Positions 29,969 to 40,630 of a DNA stretch of 64,000 nt are shown here, piece by piece. Source of the stretch: Desulfomonilia bacterium (lineage in GTDB: Bacteria; Desulfobacterota; Desulfomonilia; UBA1062); the NCBI GenBank assembly GCA_963664325.2, contig CAXXDQ010000003.1, positions 1,146,169 through 1,210,168 on the forward strand, given 5' to 3'. The position numbers and the translations under genes are program-made. Under the pieces are notes generated by a model. That model did not search any database, had not been told where the DNA came from, and saw nothing but the letters and a program-made list of their open reading frames with translations. The first letter of the stretch is position 1. Each line of letters opens with the position of its first letter.

Positions 29969-31171
29969 ATGAACCCGGATATGTTTGAAGAATATCATCA
30001 GGAATTATGTGAAAAATGCGGGGAATGCCTGCATGAATGCCCTGTAATGCAGCTTCCGCCCGAAAAAGCGAAAGCCGAGATGAGAAACCTCATAGCCGGC
30101 CGGAAAAACAGCATCGTACTGAAAAAGTGCACAAGCTGCATGTCATGCAACTTTGTATGCAAAAAGGGCTGCAATCCTGCCATGCTGATCCTTAAAAGGT
30201 GGCACGAAGCCTATGAAGAGGAGGGCATGCCTGATAGAGCCCTCTGGTTCACCCCGCATATGAGACCTAATTTCAGGACCTATGCGCTCGAGCGGATGCC
30301 GGAGGATGAGAAGGCGCTCATTAAAAAGTGGGATGATGCAAGCCCGTGCGAGGAGATTATCTATCCGGGCTGCAATGTGATTACGACACCATACCTGATG
30401 ATGAGCTCTCTTTTTGAAGGAAAGAGCATACGGGGTTCTCTTGACCTGTGTTGCGGCGAAATGTATTTCCGCTCAGGCCATTTCGATGAACTCAGGAAGA
30501 CCGCAGCAAGGCTTACGGAGCATTACAGAAAGATGGGGATAAAGAAAATGCTTATTCCCTGCACAGCCGGCCGGAACCTGTTCACCAACATACTCCCAAA
30601 ATATGGCGCCATGTTTGACTTTGAAATAGAGCATGTCATCCCCTGGCTGATCAACCGTATAGAAAAGGGCGATCTGAAACTCAAAAAAAGCCTAAACATG
30701 ACCGTAACGATTCAGGAATCCTGCCATGCGAAATGTTTCGGCGATGAGTATATCGACATGCCCAGAAAGCTGCTGAACATGCTTGGCATCAAGGTCATAG
30801 AAGAAGAGCAGCACGGGAAAATGATGCGCTGCTGCGGGATAGGTGGCGGCTTCAGCCATGCCTCGAACTATCATCCCTTCAACGTGGTCATGGCGACGGG
30901 CCGGGCTCTAACTCTGGCCAGAAATGCAAAAGCCGATGCGGTTGTAACATACTGCGCCGGCTGCATGCAGCAGCTGGGAGTCGGCCGCCTGATGCTCCCG
31001 TTCCTCTGGACTGAAATCTACCATATCCTGGAACTGGTCCAGATCGCTATAGGCGAAATCCCGGAACGCAGGCTTAACAACAGGGCCTTCCTTCTCGCCT
31101 CAGGTGTGATTTTGAACCAGATGCCAAAGATGCTTTCAACAAAAAGGCATAGAGCAGGTTCAGGCATTTGA
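29969..31171 (+). CDS. (Fe-S)-binding oxidoreductase with two 4Fe-4S motifs and two CCG domains (HdrD/GlpC/LutA-like)
   Basis: CEKCGECLHECP and CTSCMSCNFVCKKGC are ferredoxin-type motifs. LDLCCGEMYF and MMRCCGIGGG are CCG motifs. Confidence 0.8.
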   Translation: MNPDMFEEYHQELCEKCGECLHECPVMQLPPEKAKAEMRNLIAGRKNSIVLKKCTSCMSCNFVCKKGCNPAMLILKRWHEAYEEEGMPDRALWFTPHMRPNFRTYALERMPEDEKALIKKWDDASPCEEIIYPGCNVITTPYLMMSSLFEGKSIRGSLDLCCGEMYFRSGHFDELRKTAARLTEHYRKMGIKKMLIPCTAGRNLFTNILPKYGAMFDFEIEHVIPWLINRIEKGDLKLKKSLNMTVTIQESCHAKCFGDEYIDMPRKLLNMLGIKVIEEEQHGKMMRCCGIGGGFSHASNYHPFNVVMATGRALTLARNAKADAVVTYCAGCMQQLGVGRLMLPFLWTEIYHILELVQIAIGEIPERRLNNRAFLLASGVILNQMPKMLSTKRHRAGSGI

Positions 31172-31632
31172 ATTAATTGTAAAATTACATAAAACTTACG
31201 ACCAGGCTCTTCTCTAAAAATTGAACAGGAGAGTGTTAAACAATACTCAGGGACGCTCCTGACATTAAGATATTTAATTTGAAAGCAACCTGATCACCTG
31301 ATAACCCGATTTGTGAAAATATGGTAACTAAGGTTCCGGGTTTAATAAAGATGGAATATCTGAATAGCAGGAGTGTCCCCTGGCACACGGTGCACAAGAA
31401 CTTTTGGAAATAAACAATTGACATGCAAACTGAACTTCCCTATCAGAAAGTAAGGTCTTATCAAAACAATACAGCTCTCCTTATTTGAATGCAGGGGAAG
31501 GTGCCGGAAAGGATTCCGAATAAAGGAATGCAGCAGGCGGGTTTAGAGAATCCTGACATCAGATGATATCGTCATTGAAGATTGTGCTAATAAGCTGCAA
31601 GCAGTAAGTCCAATAAATATGAGGATGCCATT

Positions 31633-32406
31633 GTGAAGGATGAAAAAACGAGTTACGAAACCCTGGATTATTCGGAAACGGAAAAAGGCATCGGTGTACT
31701 GTCCCTGAACCGGCCTCAAAAATATAATGCAGTCAATCTGAAGATGCTCGAGGATCTCGAACATTTCTGGGAACAGCAGAAAAGCAACCTCGATACGCAC
31801 GTCATCATATTGAAAGGAAACGGAGAAAAGGGGTTCTGCGCGGGATTGGATCTGTCTTCGCTGGCGGAAGCGGCCTCGGCAATCACCGTCGATACGTTTT
31901 ACGGTTTTCAGGTCCGCCTGAGCAGAATGATAGCGTCGATGAGGTCCGCACCCCAGCCGATCATATGTGCCGTCCACGGTGCGGCGGCAGGACTGGGTTT
32001 CAGCTTCACCCTGGCGTCTGATGTAAGGGTAATCACCGGAGATGCCCGTTTTTCGGCGGCATACATCAACGTGGGCTATGGCGGGGCTGACATGGCCTGC
32101 AGCTACTTCCTTCCCCGGCTGATCGGAGCGGGCCGGGCGTACGAATTCATGCTGACCGGGGGATTCATGACCGCAGAAGAGGCGATGAACCTGGGGCTGG
32201 CAAGCCGGATGGTCGGACGTGAGGAGCTTTTTGATTCAGCCATGGCCATCGCGAGAACGATGAACTCGAAAAACCCCATGGGCCTGCGGCTTACCAAGGA
32301 GGCCATTAATGTAAACCTCGATGCCGGGGGCCTCGAGCAGGCATTGCACGTCGAGGACCGGAACCAGACGCTTCTGTTTGCGAGGAGCATGGCAGGCGCG
32401 CGTTAG
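31633..32406 (+). CDS. Enoyl-CoA hydratase/isomerase (crotonase) family protein
   Basis: NRPQKYNAV, FCAGLDL and AVHGAAAGLG are crotonase oxyanion-hole motifs. The start is a GTG with a GAGGA RBS. Confidence 0.88.
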   Translation: MKDEKTSYETLDYSETEKGIGVLSLNRPQKYNAVNLKMLEDLEHFWEQQKSNLDTHVIILKGNGEKGFCAGLDLSSLAEAASAITVDTFYGFQVRLSRMIASMRSAPQPIICAVHGAAAGLGFSFTLASDVRVITGDARFSAAYINVGYGGADMACSYFLPRLIGAGRAYEFMLTGGFMTAEEAMNLGLASRMVGREELFDSAMAIARTMNSKNPMGLRLTKEAINVNLDAGGLEQALHVEDRNQTLLFARSMAGAR

Positions 32407-32473
32407 GGCATGTCCGGGATTCTGCAATATTCAAAAAGTTCCATGCTTGTACAAAATGTCTGAGGGGAGTGGT

Positions 32474-34150
32474 ATGGAGAATAAAATTTGGCACAAATCG
32501 TATGTACCTGGGGTACCGGCCTCAATCGAATACGAAAGGATTGCACTGCCGGATGCTCTGAGAAGATCGGCCAGGCTCTACCCGGAAAACGCGGCCCTAA
32601 TCATGATGGGCAATACGATCACCTACAGCCAGCTCGACGAACAAGTCGACCGCTTCGCTTCGGCGCTGGCCGGGCTAGGCATAGGAAAGGCAGACAGGGT
32701 GGCGCTCATCCTGCCCAATATACCGCAGATGGTCATCGCCACCTACGCACTGTTCAGGCTGGGCGCCGTCGCGGTAATGAACAACCCGCTCTATACCGAC
32801 AGGGAGCTCGAACACAATCTTGCCGATTCGGGATCGAAGGCCGCCATATGTCTGGATTTTTTTGTGCCCCGCGTCATATCGCTGAAGGATAAAACCCGGG
32901 TTGAGACCGTCATCGTCTGCCATATCCGGGATTTCATACCCGCTCCTCAAAGCCAGATACAGAAGGACCACTATAACCTGCACATGGATATCGAGCCCCA
33001 AAAGGGTGTCTGTGAATTCATGGACCTGCTTAAGAGCGCTCCGGCCGCAATGTCAGGGGAATCGGCCGGTTTCGACGATCTTGCCGCGCTTATTTATACC
33101 GGGGGCACCACCGGCGTTTCAAAGGCGGTCATGCTGAGCCACGCCAACTCCAGCATTGCGGTTCAGCAGTTCAAAGCCTGGATGTTCGACCTTAAGGACG
33201 GGGAGGAAAGGGTGCTCGCGGTGCTGCCGTTTTTCCACGTCGCCGGGTACACCGACATTATGAATCAGTGCATCTACCGGGGATTTACTGCCGTTTTAGT
33301 ACCGTGGCCCGATGCAGGGGTGATTCACACCATGATCCGTGAGTACCGGCCCACGGTATTCGGCGCCGTTCCGACCCTTTATGTGGGGCTCATGAACCAT
33401 CCCGAATTCGCGAAGACCGATTTTTCATTCATAAAGGGCTGCCTGTCCGGTGCTGCGCCGATGGCCCTCGAAACCATAAAAGCCTGGGAAAGGGTGGTGG
33501 GGGCTACCATCATCGAGCTGTACGGGCTCACTGAAACCACGGCCATCTGCCATTTTAACCCATGGGGCGGTAAGACCAAGGTGGGAAGCGTGGGAGTGCC
33601 TGTCCCGGACACCGATTGCCGGATAGTGGATATAGAGACTGGCCTTGCGGACCAGCCCTGCAATCAGCCCGGGGAGGTGCTCGTCAAGGGACCGCAGGTG
33701 TGCAGCGGATACTACGGGAAGCCGGATGAAACCGGACTCGCGATCAGGGACGGGTGGCTTTCCACAGGCGATATCGGGTATATGGACGACGACGGATACC
33801 TGTTTATCGTCGACCGTAAAAAGGACATCATCATCGCGGGGGGATACAACATCTATCCCAGGGAAATCGATGAGGTGCTCTACGAGCACCCGAAAATAAA
33901 GGATGCATGTTCCTTCGGCATCCCCGATACGTACAGGGGCGAGACGGTCAAGGCCGTCATCGTGCTGAAAGAGGGAGCCGTGGCGACGGAAAAAGAAATA
34001 CAAGACTATTGCAGGGAAAAGCTGTCGGCGTACAAGGTGCCGAAGATGATCGAGTTCCGCCAGCAACTCCCGGTGTCCGCCACGGGAAAGATACTGCGCC
34101 GTGTGCTGCGCGACGAAGAGATCGCAAAACAGAAGGCTGCCGCCGTATAG
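32474..34150 (+). CDS. Long-chain fatty-acid--CoA ligase (AMP-forming acyl-CoA synthetase)
   Basis: It has the AMP-binding motif YTGGTTGVSKAV, plus TGD and YKVPK. The ATG at 32474 (MENKIWHKSY) has a GAGGGGAG RBS; the track ORF start at 32321 overlaps the upstream gene. Confidence 0.9.
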   Translation: MENKIWHKSYVPGVPASIEYERIALPDALRRSARLYPENAALIMMGNTITYSQLDEQVDRFASALAGLGIGKADRVALILPNIPQMVIATYALFRLGAVAVMNNPLYTDRELEHNLADSGSKAAICLDFFVPRVISLKDKTRVETVIVCHIRDFIPAPQSQIQKDHYNLHMDIEPQKGVCEFMDLLKSAPAAMSGESAGFDDLAALIYTGGTTGVSKAVMLSHANSSIAVQQFKAWMFDLKDGEERVLAVLPFFHVAGYTDIMNQCIYRGFTAVLVPWPDAGVIHTMIREYRPTVFGAVPTLYVGLMNHPEFAKTDFSFIKGCLSGAAPMALETIKAWERVVGATIIELYGLTETTAICHFNPWGGKTKVGSVGVPVPDTDCRIVDIETGLADQPCNQPGEVLVKGPQVCSGYYGKPDETGLAIRDGWLSTGDIGYMDDDGYLFIVDRKKDIIIAGGYNIYPREIDEVLYEHPKIKDACSFGIPDTYRGETVKAVIVLKEGAVATEKEIQDYCREKLSAYKVPKMIEFRQQLPVSATGKILRRVLRDEEIAKQKAAAV

Positions 34151-34205
34151 CGCACCGGTAGCGGAACGGGCGGCGAATATAAAATAATATACCAGGAAGG
34201 CGACG

Positions 34206-36011
34206 ATGGAAAAGAAATTTGTAAGTTTGCGGAATTTGAAGTTCATGCTTTATGAGGTGTTTGATGCAGCCTCTCTGATTAAATATCCCTATTTTGAAGA
34301 GCAGAGCGTCGAGGCTTTTGACATGATCCTTGAAACTGCCGTTAAGATCGGCAGCGGGAAGCTCCGGCCGTTCCTGGAGGAGATGGACAAGAACCCGCCG
34401 CGGTTCGCCGACGGTTCGGTAACTGTCAATCCAATGGTGCGGTCATTCATGAAGGAAAGCGGGGAAGGCGGCTGGATTTCCATATTCGCACCCCACTCGC
34501 ATGGCGGACAGCAGGTGCCGATTCTGGTTGGGTTCCTTCCCACCTTCATCTTCAACGCGGCAAACTATTCGGCCAGCATATACCCCGGGCTGAATACCGG
34601 TGCGGCGCACCTTATATCATCCTACGGAACCGAGGCCCTGCAGCAAGCCTATATCCCGAAGCTCTATTCAGGCGAGTGGCAGGGGACCATGGCCCTGACG
34701 GAACCCCAGGCCGGAAGCTCTCTCGGCGATATCACGACCTCGGCGACGCCCACCGCCCATGGCCATTACATGATGAAGGGACAGAAAATATTCATTTCAG
34801 CGGGAGACCACGACTGTGCGGACAATACGGTCCACCTGCTGCTGGCCAGGATTGAGGGCGCAGCCCCGGGTGTGAAGGGGATATCGCTGTTCCTGGTGCC
34901 GAAGAAAAGATGCGACGCGGGAGGCAGGCTTGTCCCGAATGACGTAACCGCTGCGGGCATATACCATAAAATGGGCTACAGGGGCTCTCCGATTACGCAG
35001 CTCAGTTTCGGCGAAAACGGCGACTGCCGGGGATATCTGGTAGGCGAGGCCAGCAAAGGCCTGTCATATATGTTCCAGATGATGAACGAGGCCAGGCTGT
35101 CCGTCGGATTTGCAGCCACAGCCATTGCATCGGCTGCGTATTACACCGCCCTGGAATACACGCGGGAAAGGCCCCAGGGCAGATCCGTCACCTCCAAGGA
35201 CCCGACCCAGCCCCAGGTGCCAATCATAGAGCATGCCGATGTCAAACGCATGCTTCTGTTCCAGCGGGCGGTCATAGAAGGGTCTCTTTCACTCCTCATG
35301 CAGTGCACGAAATACAGCGATCTGGAGACTGTCCTTGAGGGAGAGGAGAAAGAGAAGTACAAGTTGCTGCTGGACCTGCTGACTCCCGTGGCCAAAAGCT
35401 ACCCCGCCGAAATGGGGAACCTTTCTGCAAGCCAGGCGATACAATGTCTTGGAGGATACGGTTACTGCGATGAATTTCCCCTGGAACAGTACTATCGCGA
35501 CATGCGCATCCATCCGATCCACGAAGGGACTACCGGCATCCAGGGCATTACCCTGCTGGGGAGAGGCATCACGATGAAAAATGGCAAGGCCTTTAATCTT
35601 TTCCTTGAGGAAATCCAGGAGGCCGTGAACAAGGCTCAGGAGGACACTGACCTTGCCGCTTATACCGGCGGGCTCGTACAGGCCCTGGAAAAACTCAAGG
35701 AAGTTACGAACCGCCTGGTGGGCATCGCCGTCGGGGGGAAAATAGAGCTGTTCCTGGCTGACGCGACTGTGTACCTGGAGCTGTTCGGCATCGTTGCAAT
35801 CGCATGGCAATGGCTGCTGCAGGCCATCGCAGTCAACAAGGCCATCCGCGGCAAAACGGCTGAATCCGACATGAATTTCTACCGGGGAAAACTGTATGCG
35901 TTCCGATATTTCTTCGGTTATGAACTGCCGAAAGTTGAAGGTTTGTACAAATTGCTTATGAGCACCGACGGCTTGACCGTAGAGATGCGCGGGGAGCTTT
36001 TCTCGGATTGA
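34206..36011 (+). CDS. Acyl-CoA dehydrogenase, long (about 600 aa) form with N- and C-terminal extension domains
   Basis: An ACAD core (MALTEPQAGSSLGD, IFISAGDHD, YYRDMRIHPIHEGTTGIQ) sits between extra terminal domains. Confidence 0.88.
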   Translation: MEKKFVSLRNLKFMLYEVFDAASLIKYPYFEEQSVEAFDMILETAVKIGSGKLRPFLEEMDKNPPRFADGSVTVNPMVRSFMKESGEGGWISIFAPHSHGGQQVPILVGFLPTFIFNAANYSASIYPGLNTGAAHLISSYGTEALQQAYIPKLYSGEWQGTMALTEPQAGSSLGDITTSATPTAHGHYMMKGQKIFISAGDHDCADNTVHLLLARIEGAAPGVKGISLFLVPKKRCDAGGRLVPNDVTAAGIYHKMGYRGSPITQLSFGENGDCRGYLVGEASKGLSYMFQMMNEARLSVGFAATAIASAAYYTALEYTRERPQGRSVTSKDPTQPQVPIIEHADVKRMLLFQRAVIEGSLSLLMQCTKYSDLETVLEGEEKEKYKLLLDLLTPVAKSYPAEMGNLSASQAIQCLGGYGYCDEFPLEQYYRDMRIHPIHEGTTGIQGITLLGRGITMKNGKAFNLFLEEIQEAVNKAQEDTDLAAYTGGLVQALEKLKEVTNRLVGIAVGGKIELFLADATVYLELFGIVAIAWQWLLQAIAVNKAIRGKTAESDMNFYRGKLYAFRYFFGYELPKVEGLYKLLMSTDGLTVEMRGELFSD

Positions 36012-36097
36012 TTCCCGGCCCTGGGGCAGGGTGGACTTGCAGTGCTGGAAGCCGTTTGGTTGATGGTGATACATTATTTACATTATGGGAGGAATAT

Positions 36098-37775
36098 ATG
36101 GCATTGGAAAAGTTATGGCATAAATCATATGCACCGGGCGTTCCCTATGAACTGGAATACGACCGTACCACCATGTCCCGGGCGCTGAGCCGCAACGCAA
36201 AAAAATTCCCTGACAATCCCGCGCTTATTTACTTCGGAAGGATAATATCATTCAGGGAGCTTGATTCTCTGGTGGACCGCTTTTCAAAGGCGCTTGCAGG
36301 AATCGGCATAATCCCCGGCGACAAGGTGGCGCTGATCATGCCGAATGTCCCCCAGATGACGGTGGCCATATATGCCTGTTACCGTACAGGCGCGGTGGCG
36401 GTCCCGACAAACCCGCTCTACACAGAAACGGAACTTGAATACCAGCTCAACAACTCCGAATCAAAGGCCGTAGTGACACTGGACCTCCTGCAGCCCCGGA
36501 TGTCCGAAGTAAGGGCCAGAACCGGAGTGGGCCATATAATCTACTGCCATATAAACGATTACCTCCCGTTTCCGAAAAAACAGATATTCCCCATCGCGAA
36601 AAAAGCCATGTACCGGAAGGTTCAGCCGGGAGAGGGTGTGCACGAGTTCATGGACCTCATGGGCAAATACTCCTCAGGCGGCCTGGAGGACAGATCGGAA
36701 TGGGACGGCCTGGCGGCGCTTCTCTATACGGGCGGGACCACTGGCGTAAGCAAGGGCGTGATGATCAACCATTCGCACTTTTCCTGTAACGCCCAGCAGT
36801 TCAAGGCATATATGCCGGCGCTTGAGGAAGGGAAGGAAAGGGTTCTCTCCATATATCCCTATTTCCATTCCGCGGGCAATTTCATGCTGAACTCGATGAT
36901 ATGGTGCGGCTGGGCCGCAGTGCTGGTGCCGCGACCCGAGACCGACATCATCGTGGAGCTCTTCGGGAAATACAAGCCGACAGGCATGGTCGGCGTACCC
37001 ACGATATATACGGGGCTTCTGAACAACGGGAAATTCAGCGCCCTTGATTTCTCGAAGATAAAGCTCTTCGCCGCCGGGGCCGCTCCCCTGCTCAAGGACA
37101 CCATCGACAGACTGGGGGCCCTCACTAACGCGACCATTCTGAACACCTACGGTCTCACCGAGGCCACCTGCCTGGTGGCGGCCAATCCCTATGGCGGGGT
37201 TGTGGTGCCCGGAACCATAGGTCTGCCTGTCCCGGATACCGACGCGAAAATTGTAGATGTCGAAACCGGTCTGAATGAAATGCCCGTGGGTGAATCTGGC
37301 GAACTTGTCATAAAGGCTCCGCAGGTGATGAAGGGATACTACAAAAACCCTGAAGAGACGGCGCAGGTGCTCAAGGACGGGTGGCTTCACACCGGCGACA
37401 TCGGCGTCTTTGATGAGGCAGGAAACATTATGATAGTCGACAGGAAGAAGGACATGATCATAGCCAGCGGGTTCAATATCTTTCCGAATGAAATTGACGA
37501 TGTCCTGTTTTCCCATCCCAAGATCCTTGAAGCCTGCACCATAGGAGTGCCGGACGAGTACAGGGGAGAAACCGTGAAGGCCTATGTGGTGGTCCGTCCG
37601 GGCGAGAGCCTGACCGAGCAGGAAGTGGCCGATTTCTGCAAGGACCGCCTCACGGCATACAAGGTGCCGAAAAAAAATCGTTTTCATCGATGCGATTCCG
37701 AAGAGCGCCGTGGGGAAAATACTGCGCAGGGCGATGAAGGAACTCGACCGGAAACTCAGCGGGAAAAGCTCATAA
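36098..37775 (+). CDS. Long-chain fatty-acid--CoA ligase paralog; C-terminus disrupted by an extra A in an A8 run
   Basis: The start MALEKLWHKSY is at 36098 and the AMP-binding motif is YTGGTTGVSKGV. Reading the A8 run at 37670-37677 as A7 restores YKVPKKIVFIDAIPKSAVGKILRRAMKELDRKLSGKSS* with the stop at 37773-37775. Confidence 0.88.
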
Positions 37776-38007
37776 TTCACGGGTCCTGACGGGATAAGAC
37801 GGCAGCGGTGTGTCCTGTCCCCGGGCGAACCATAAGCAATTTCGCTGATTGCACACCTTAACCAATATTTAACCTTGTTCCTGTTGACATGGAATAATAT
37901 GGTTTGTCATATTGTTAATGATTGTGGCTATTGAATTAATTAATAGTTCGATTATTATAAAAGCTATAATATGTTTTAGTGAAAATATGAGGAAAAGGGG
38001 AATACCT

Positions 38008-40518
38008 ATGAAAAAATCAGTCTTCCTGTTCTTGTTCGTAATATTAGTAGCAGGATTTTCGGGTTGTTCGAACAACGGCTCTGACAGCGGTTCTTCAGCC
38101 GTATCCGAAGATAATGATGAAAACGGCTCCACTACGGTCCCGTCCGGTCCGGACAAGTTGGCCCAGGTCTACCTCCCAAGCCGCGGGATCTTTATTTCAC
38201 CCGCAGGATACCAGATTCCGGTCGGGGACCTTCCGCTTGGAATGGCAATGAGCCCTGACGAAAAGATTCTGGCTGTTACGAACAACGGCTATGGCGAACA
38301 GTTCATTTCGATTATCGACACTCAGGGCAGGGACGAAATCCAGCGGCTGCCGCTGGATAATTCCTTTTATGGAATAGCATTCAGCCCGGACGGAAAAAAG
38401 CTTTATGTGTCCAGCGGAAATGATCAGGGCATCGTTATTTATGACTTTAAAGACGGCAAATTCAGTGTTTCCAGTGAAATAAGCGTGATCACACAAAACA
38501 AGGATTATGTGTTCACGGCTGGGTTGGCGCTTTCGCCTGTTGACCCTTCGACGCTCTACGTGGTCTGCAATATGGAAAATTCCCTTGCGATCCTTGACCT
38601 TGAAAAAAACACCGTGAAGCAGAAGATTCCCGTCGCGGTTAACATACCCGTTGTCGACCAGTTCGTCCCGCAGGCATATCCGCTTGATGTTGCGGTTCTC
38701 AATGACGGTTCAAAGGTCTATGTGAGCAACTGGGGCGGCGACGTTATTACCGTGATAAAGCCGGACCTGATCCTGGGCAATGCCGTCGTCACCAAACGAA
38801 TAAAAGTGGGGTCCCACCCGAGCGACATGGTCTTGAGCCCTGACGGACAAAGGCTGTTCGTGGCGAATGCGAACAGTGACACGGTTTCCATCATATCGAC
38901 CAGGACAGATGAGGTTACGGGCACGATATCCCTGTCTCCGTACCTTAACGCCCCGCTGGGCAGCCAGCCTAACGCCCTGGCCCTCTCTCCTGACGGGAAG
39001 ACGCTGTATGTGGCGAACGCCAATAACAACGATGTCGCGGTTGTCGACGTCAGCCTGAATATCGGGAAAATCAACGGTCTTATACCTGTGGGCTGGTACC
39101 CGACAGCTCTCATACTGTCCAAGGACGGCAGGACCCTGTATGTGGCCAACGGCCAGGGCTCGATGACAAAACCCAATCCGGACAGGGAGTATATCGCCGA
39201 TATACTTACCGGAACGGTTTCGATCATTAAGGTTCCTGACAATAACCAGCTTGCCGAATATACGCTCCAGGTGGAGCGCAACAACGGATTCAATGAAGGG
39301 ACCCATACTGCCAAACTGGATGGATGGAGCGACGGCAACCCGGTCCCGAAGGACGAATTGAGCGAGTCCCCGATAAAACATGTCATATACGTCATCAAGG
39401 AGAACAGGACATATGACCAGGTGCTCGGGGACATGCCTGAAGGAAACGGCGACAAGAATATCTGTCTGTTCGGAGAACAGGTGACACCCAACACCCATGC
39501 CCTTGCGCGGGAGTATGTACTTCTTGACAATTTCTATTCAACCGGAGAGGTGAGCGTGGACGGTCATGAATGGCTTCTTGCAGGCATTGCAACGGATATG
39601 TGCGAAAAGATATGGCCGACGGCATATTCGGGAAGGAGCCCCGGACTTGATTTGAGACAGTCCGGAGGTTATGGTCTGGCGCCAAGACCAGACAGCGGCT
39701 ATATCTGGGACATGGCTTCACGCAAAGGCGTTTCGTACAGGGTTTACGGCGAATATGATGTGTTCGGCCTTGCCCTTCAGAAAGAAATTCTGGGTCATGC
39801 CGATCCTCTGTATCTCGGATGGGAGGGTTTTTACACGGAACTTGTTTTTGACCCGGACCGGGCCAGGGAATTTTTAAGGGAATTCAACTGGTTTTCGAAT
39901 AATGACATGCTGCCTCAGCTCATGATCGTTCTGCTGCCTGATAACCACACCTATGGCACCACTGCAGGCAGAAGGACGCCAAAGTCATATGTGGCCAGCA
40001 ATGACCTCGGGCTCGGCATGCTGGTGGATGGGGTTTCCCACAGCAAAGACTGGAAGGACACAGCCATCTTCGTGCTCGAGGACGACGCCCAGGACGGACC
40101 TGACCATGTGGACTGCCACAGGATACCCGCCCTTGTGATAAGCCCCTATACCCGCAGGCATTTTGTCGACCACGCCATGTACAATACCGTAAGCATGCTG
40201 AGGACCATCGAACTGATCCTGGGGATGCCCCCGATGACACAGTTTGATGCCAATGCCCAGCCGATGTTCACAAGCTTTACCGAAGTGCCTGACCTGACGC
40301 CATATAAGCATCTTGCAAACACGTATCCTCTTGACGAGAGAAATCCGGCAGATGCGGTCGGCGCCGCCGAATGCGCCACATGGAACTGGAGCATGCCGGA
40401 TCAGACACCGCCATTGAGGCACAATGAGCTGATATGGAAATCCATCAAAGGCGTAAATTCGGTTATGCCTGCCCCGAGGCACAATATCTCCCTCAATCTT
40501 CAGGAGGATGATGATTAG
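38008..40518 (+). CDS. Lipoprotein fusing a YVTN/YncE-type beta-propeller to a phosphoesterase (acid phosphatase / phospholipase C family) domain
   Basis: The lipobox is LVAGFSGC. Repeated SPDGKxLYVxN blades appear (SPDGKKLYVSS, SPDGQRLFVANA, SPDGKTLYVANA, SKDGRTLYVANG), followed by the phosphoesterase motif HVIYVIKENRTYDQVLGD and EDDAQDGPDHVD. Confidence 0.85.
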   Translation: MKKSVFLFLFVILVAGFSGCSNNGSDSGSSAVSEDNDENGSTTVPSGPDKLAQVYLPSRGIFISPAGYQIPVGDLPLGMAMSPDEKILAVTNNGYGEQFISIIDTQGRDEIQRLPLDNSFYGIAFSPDGKKLYVSSGNDQGIVIYDFKDGKFSVSSEISVITQNKDYVFTAGLALSPVDPSTLYVVCNMENSLAILDLEKNTVKQKIPVAVNIPVVDQFVPQAYPLDVAVLNDGSKVYVSNWGGDVITVIKPDLILGNAVVTKRIKVGSHPSDMVLSPDGQRLFVANANSDTVSIISTRTDEVTGTISLSPYLNAPLGSQPNALALSPDGKTLYVANANNNDVAVVDVSLNIGKINGLIPVGWYPTALILSKDGRTLYVANGQGSMTKPNPDREYIADILTGTVSIIKVPDNNQLAEYTLQVERNNGFNEGTHTAKLDGWSDGNPVPKDELSESPIKHVIYVIKENRTYDQVLGDMPEGNGDKNICLFGEQVTPNTHALAREYVLLDNFYSTGEVSVDGHEWLLAGIATDMCEKIWPTAYSGRSPGLDLRQSGGYGLAPRPDSGYIWDMASRKGVSYRVYGEYDVFGLALQKEILGHADPLYLGWEGFYTELVFDPDRAREFLREFNWFSNNDMLPQLMIVLLPDNHTYGTTAGRRTPKSYVASNDLGLGMLVDGVSHSKDWKDTAIFVLEDDAQDGPDHVDCHRIPALVISPYTRRHFVDHAMYNTVSMLRTIELILGMPPMTQFDANAQPMFTSFTEVPDLTPYKHLANTYPLDERNPADAVGAAECATWNWSMPDQTPPLRHNELIWKSIKGVNSVMPAPRHNISLNLQEDDD

Positions 40519-40630
40519 CAATGATTTCCGGTATATGCCCGGTTCCTATGGAGGGTAGGATGGTGATTATGTCTGGCTGGATATTAATGATAAAACGGGA
40601 TAATCAATCAGAGCTGTAAGGAGGCAGGAT

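Noticed and set aside
31381-31396. A TGGCAC...GCA sequence resembling a sigma-54 -24/-12 promoter upstream of the beta-oxidation genes
   Set aside because: The GG-to-GC spacing is two nucleotides shorter than the TGGCAC-N5-TTGC consensus. No enhancer-binding protein gene is nearby.
36674-37780. A 368-aa minus-strand ORF, and similar long antisense ORFs (7816..8613, 10922..11716, 12161..12910, 33425..34246, 35289..36074, 38710..39530, 40604..41344, 53029..53703, 58386..59258, 61213..61749, 61958..62545, 62809..63369, 63227..63760)
   Set aside because: Each lies fully inside, and antisense to, a gene with strong family signatures. Their translations are Arg/Gly/His/Pro-rich with no recognisable motifs, RBS or independent intergenic context. 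This is typical of stop-poor antisense frames in GC-rich coding DNA.
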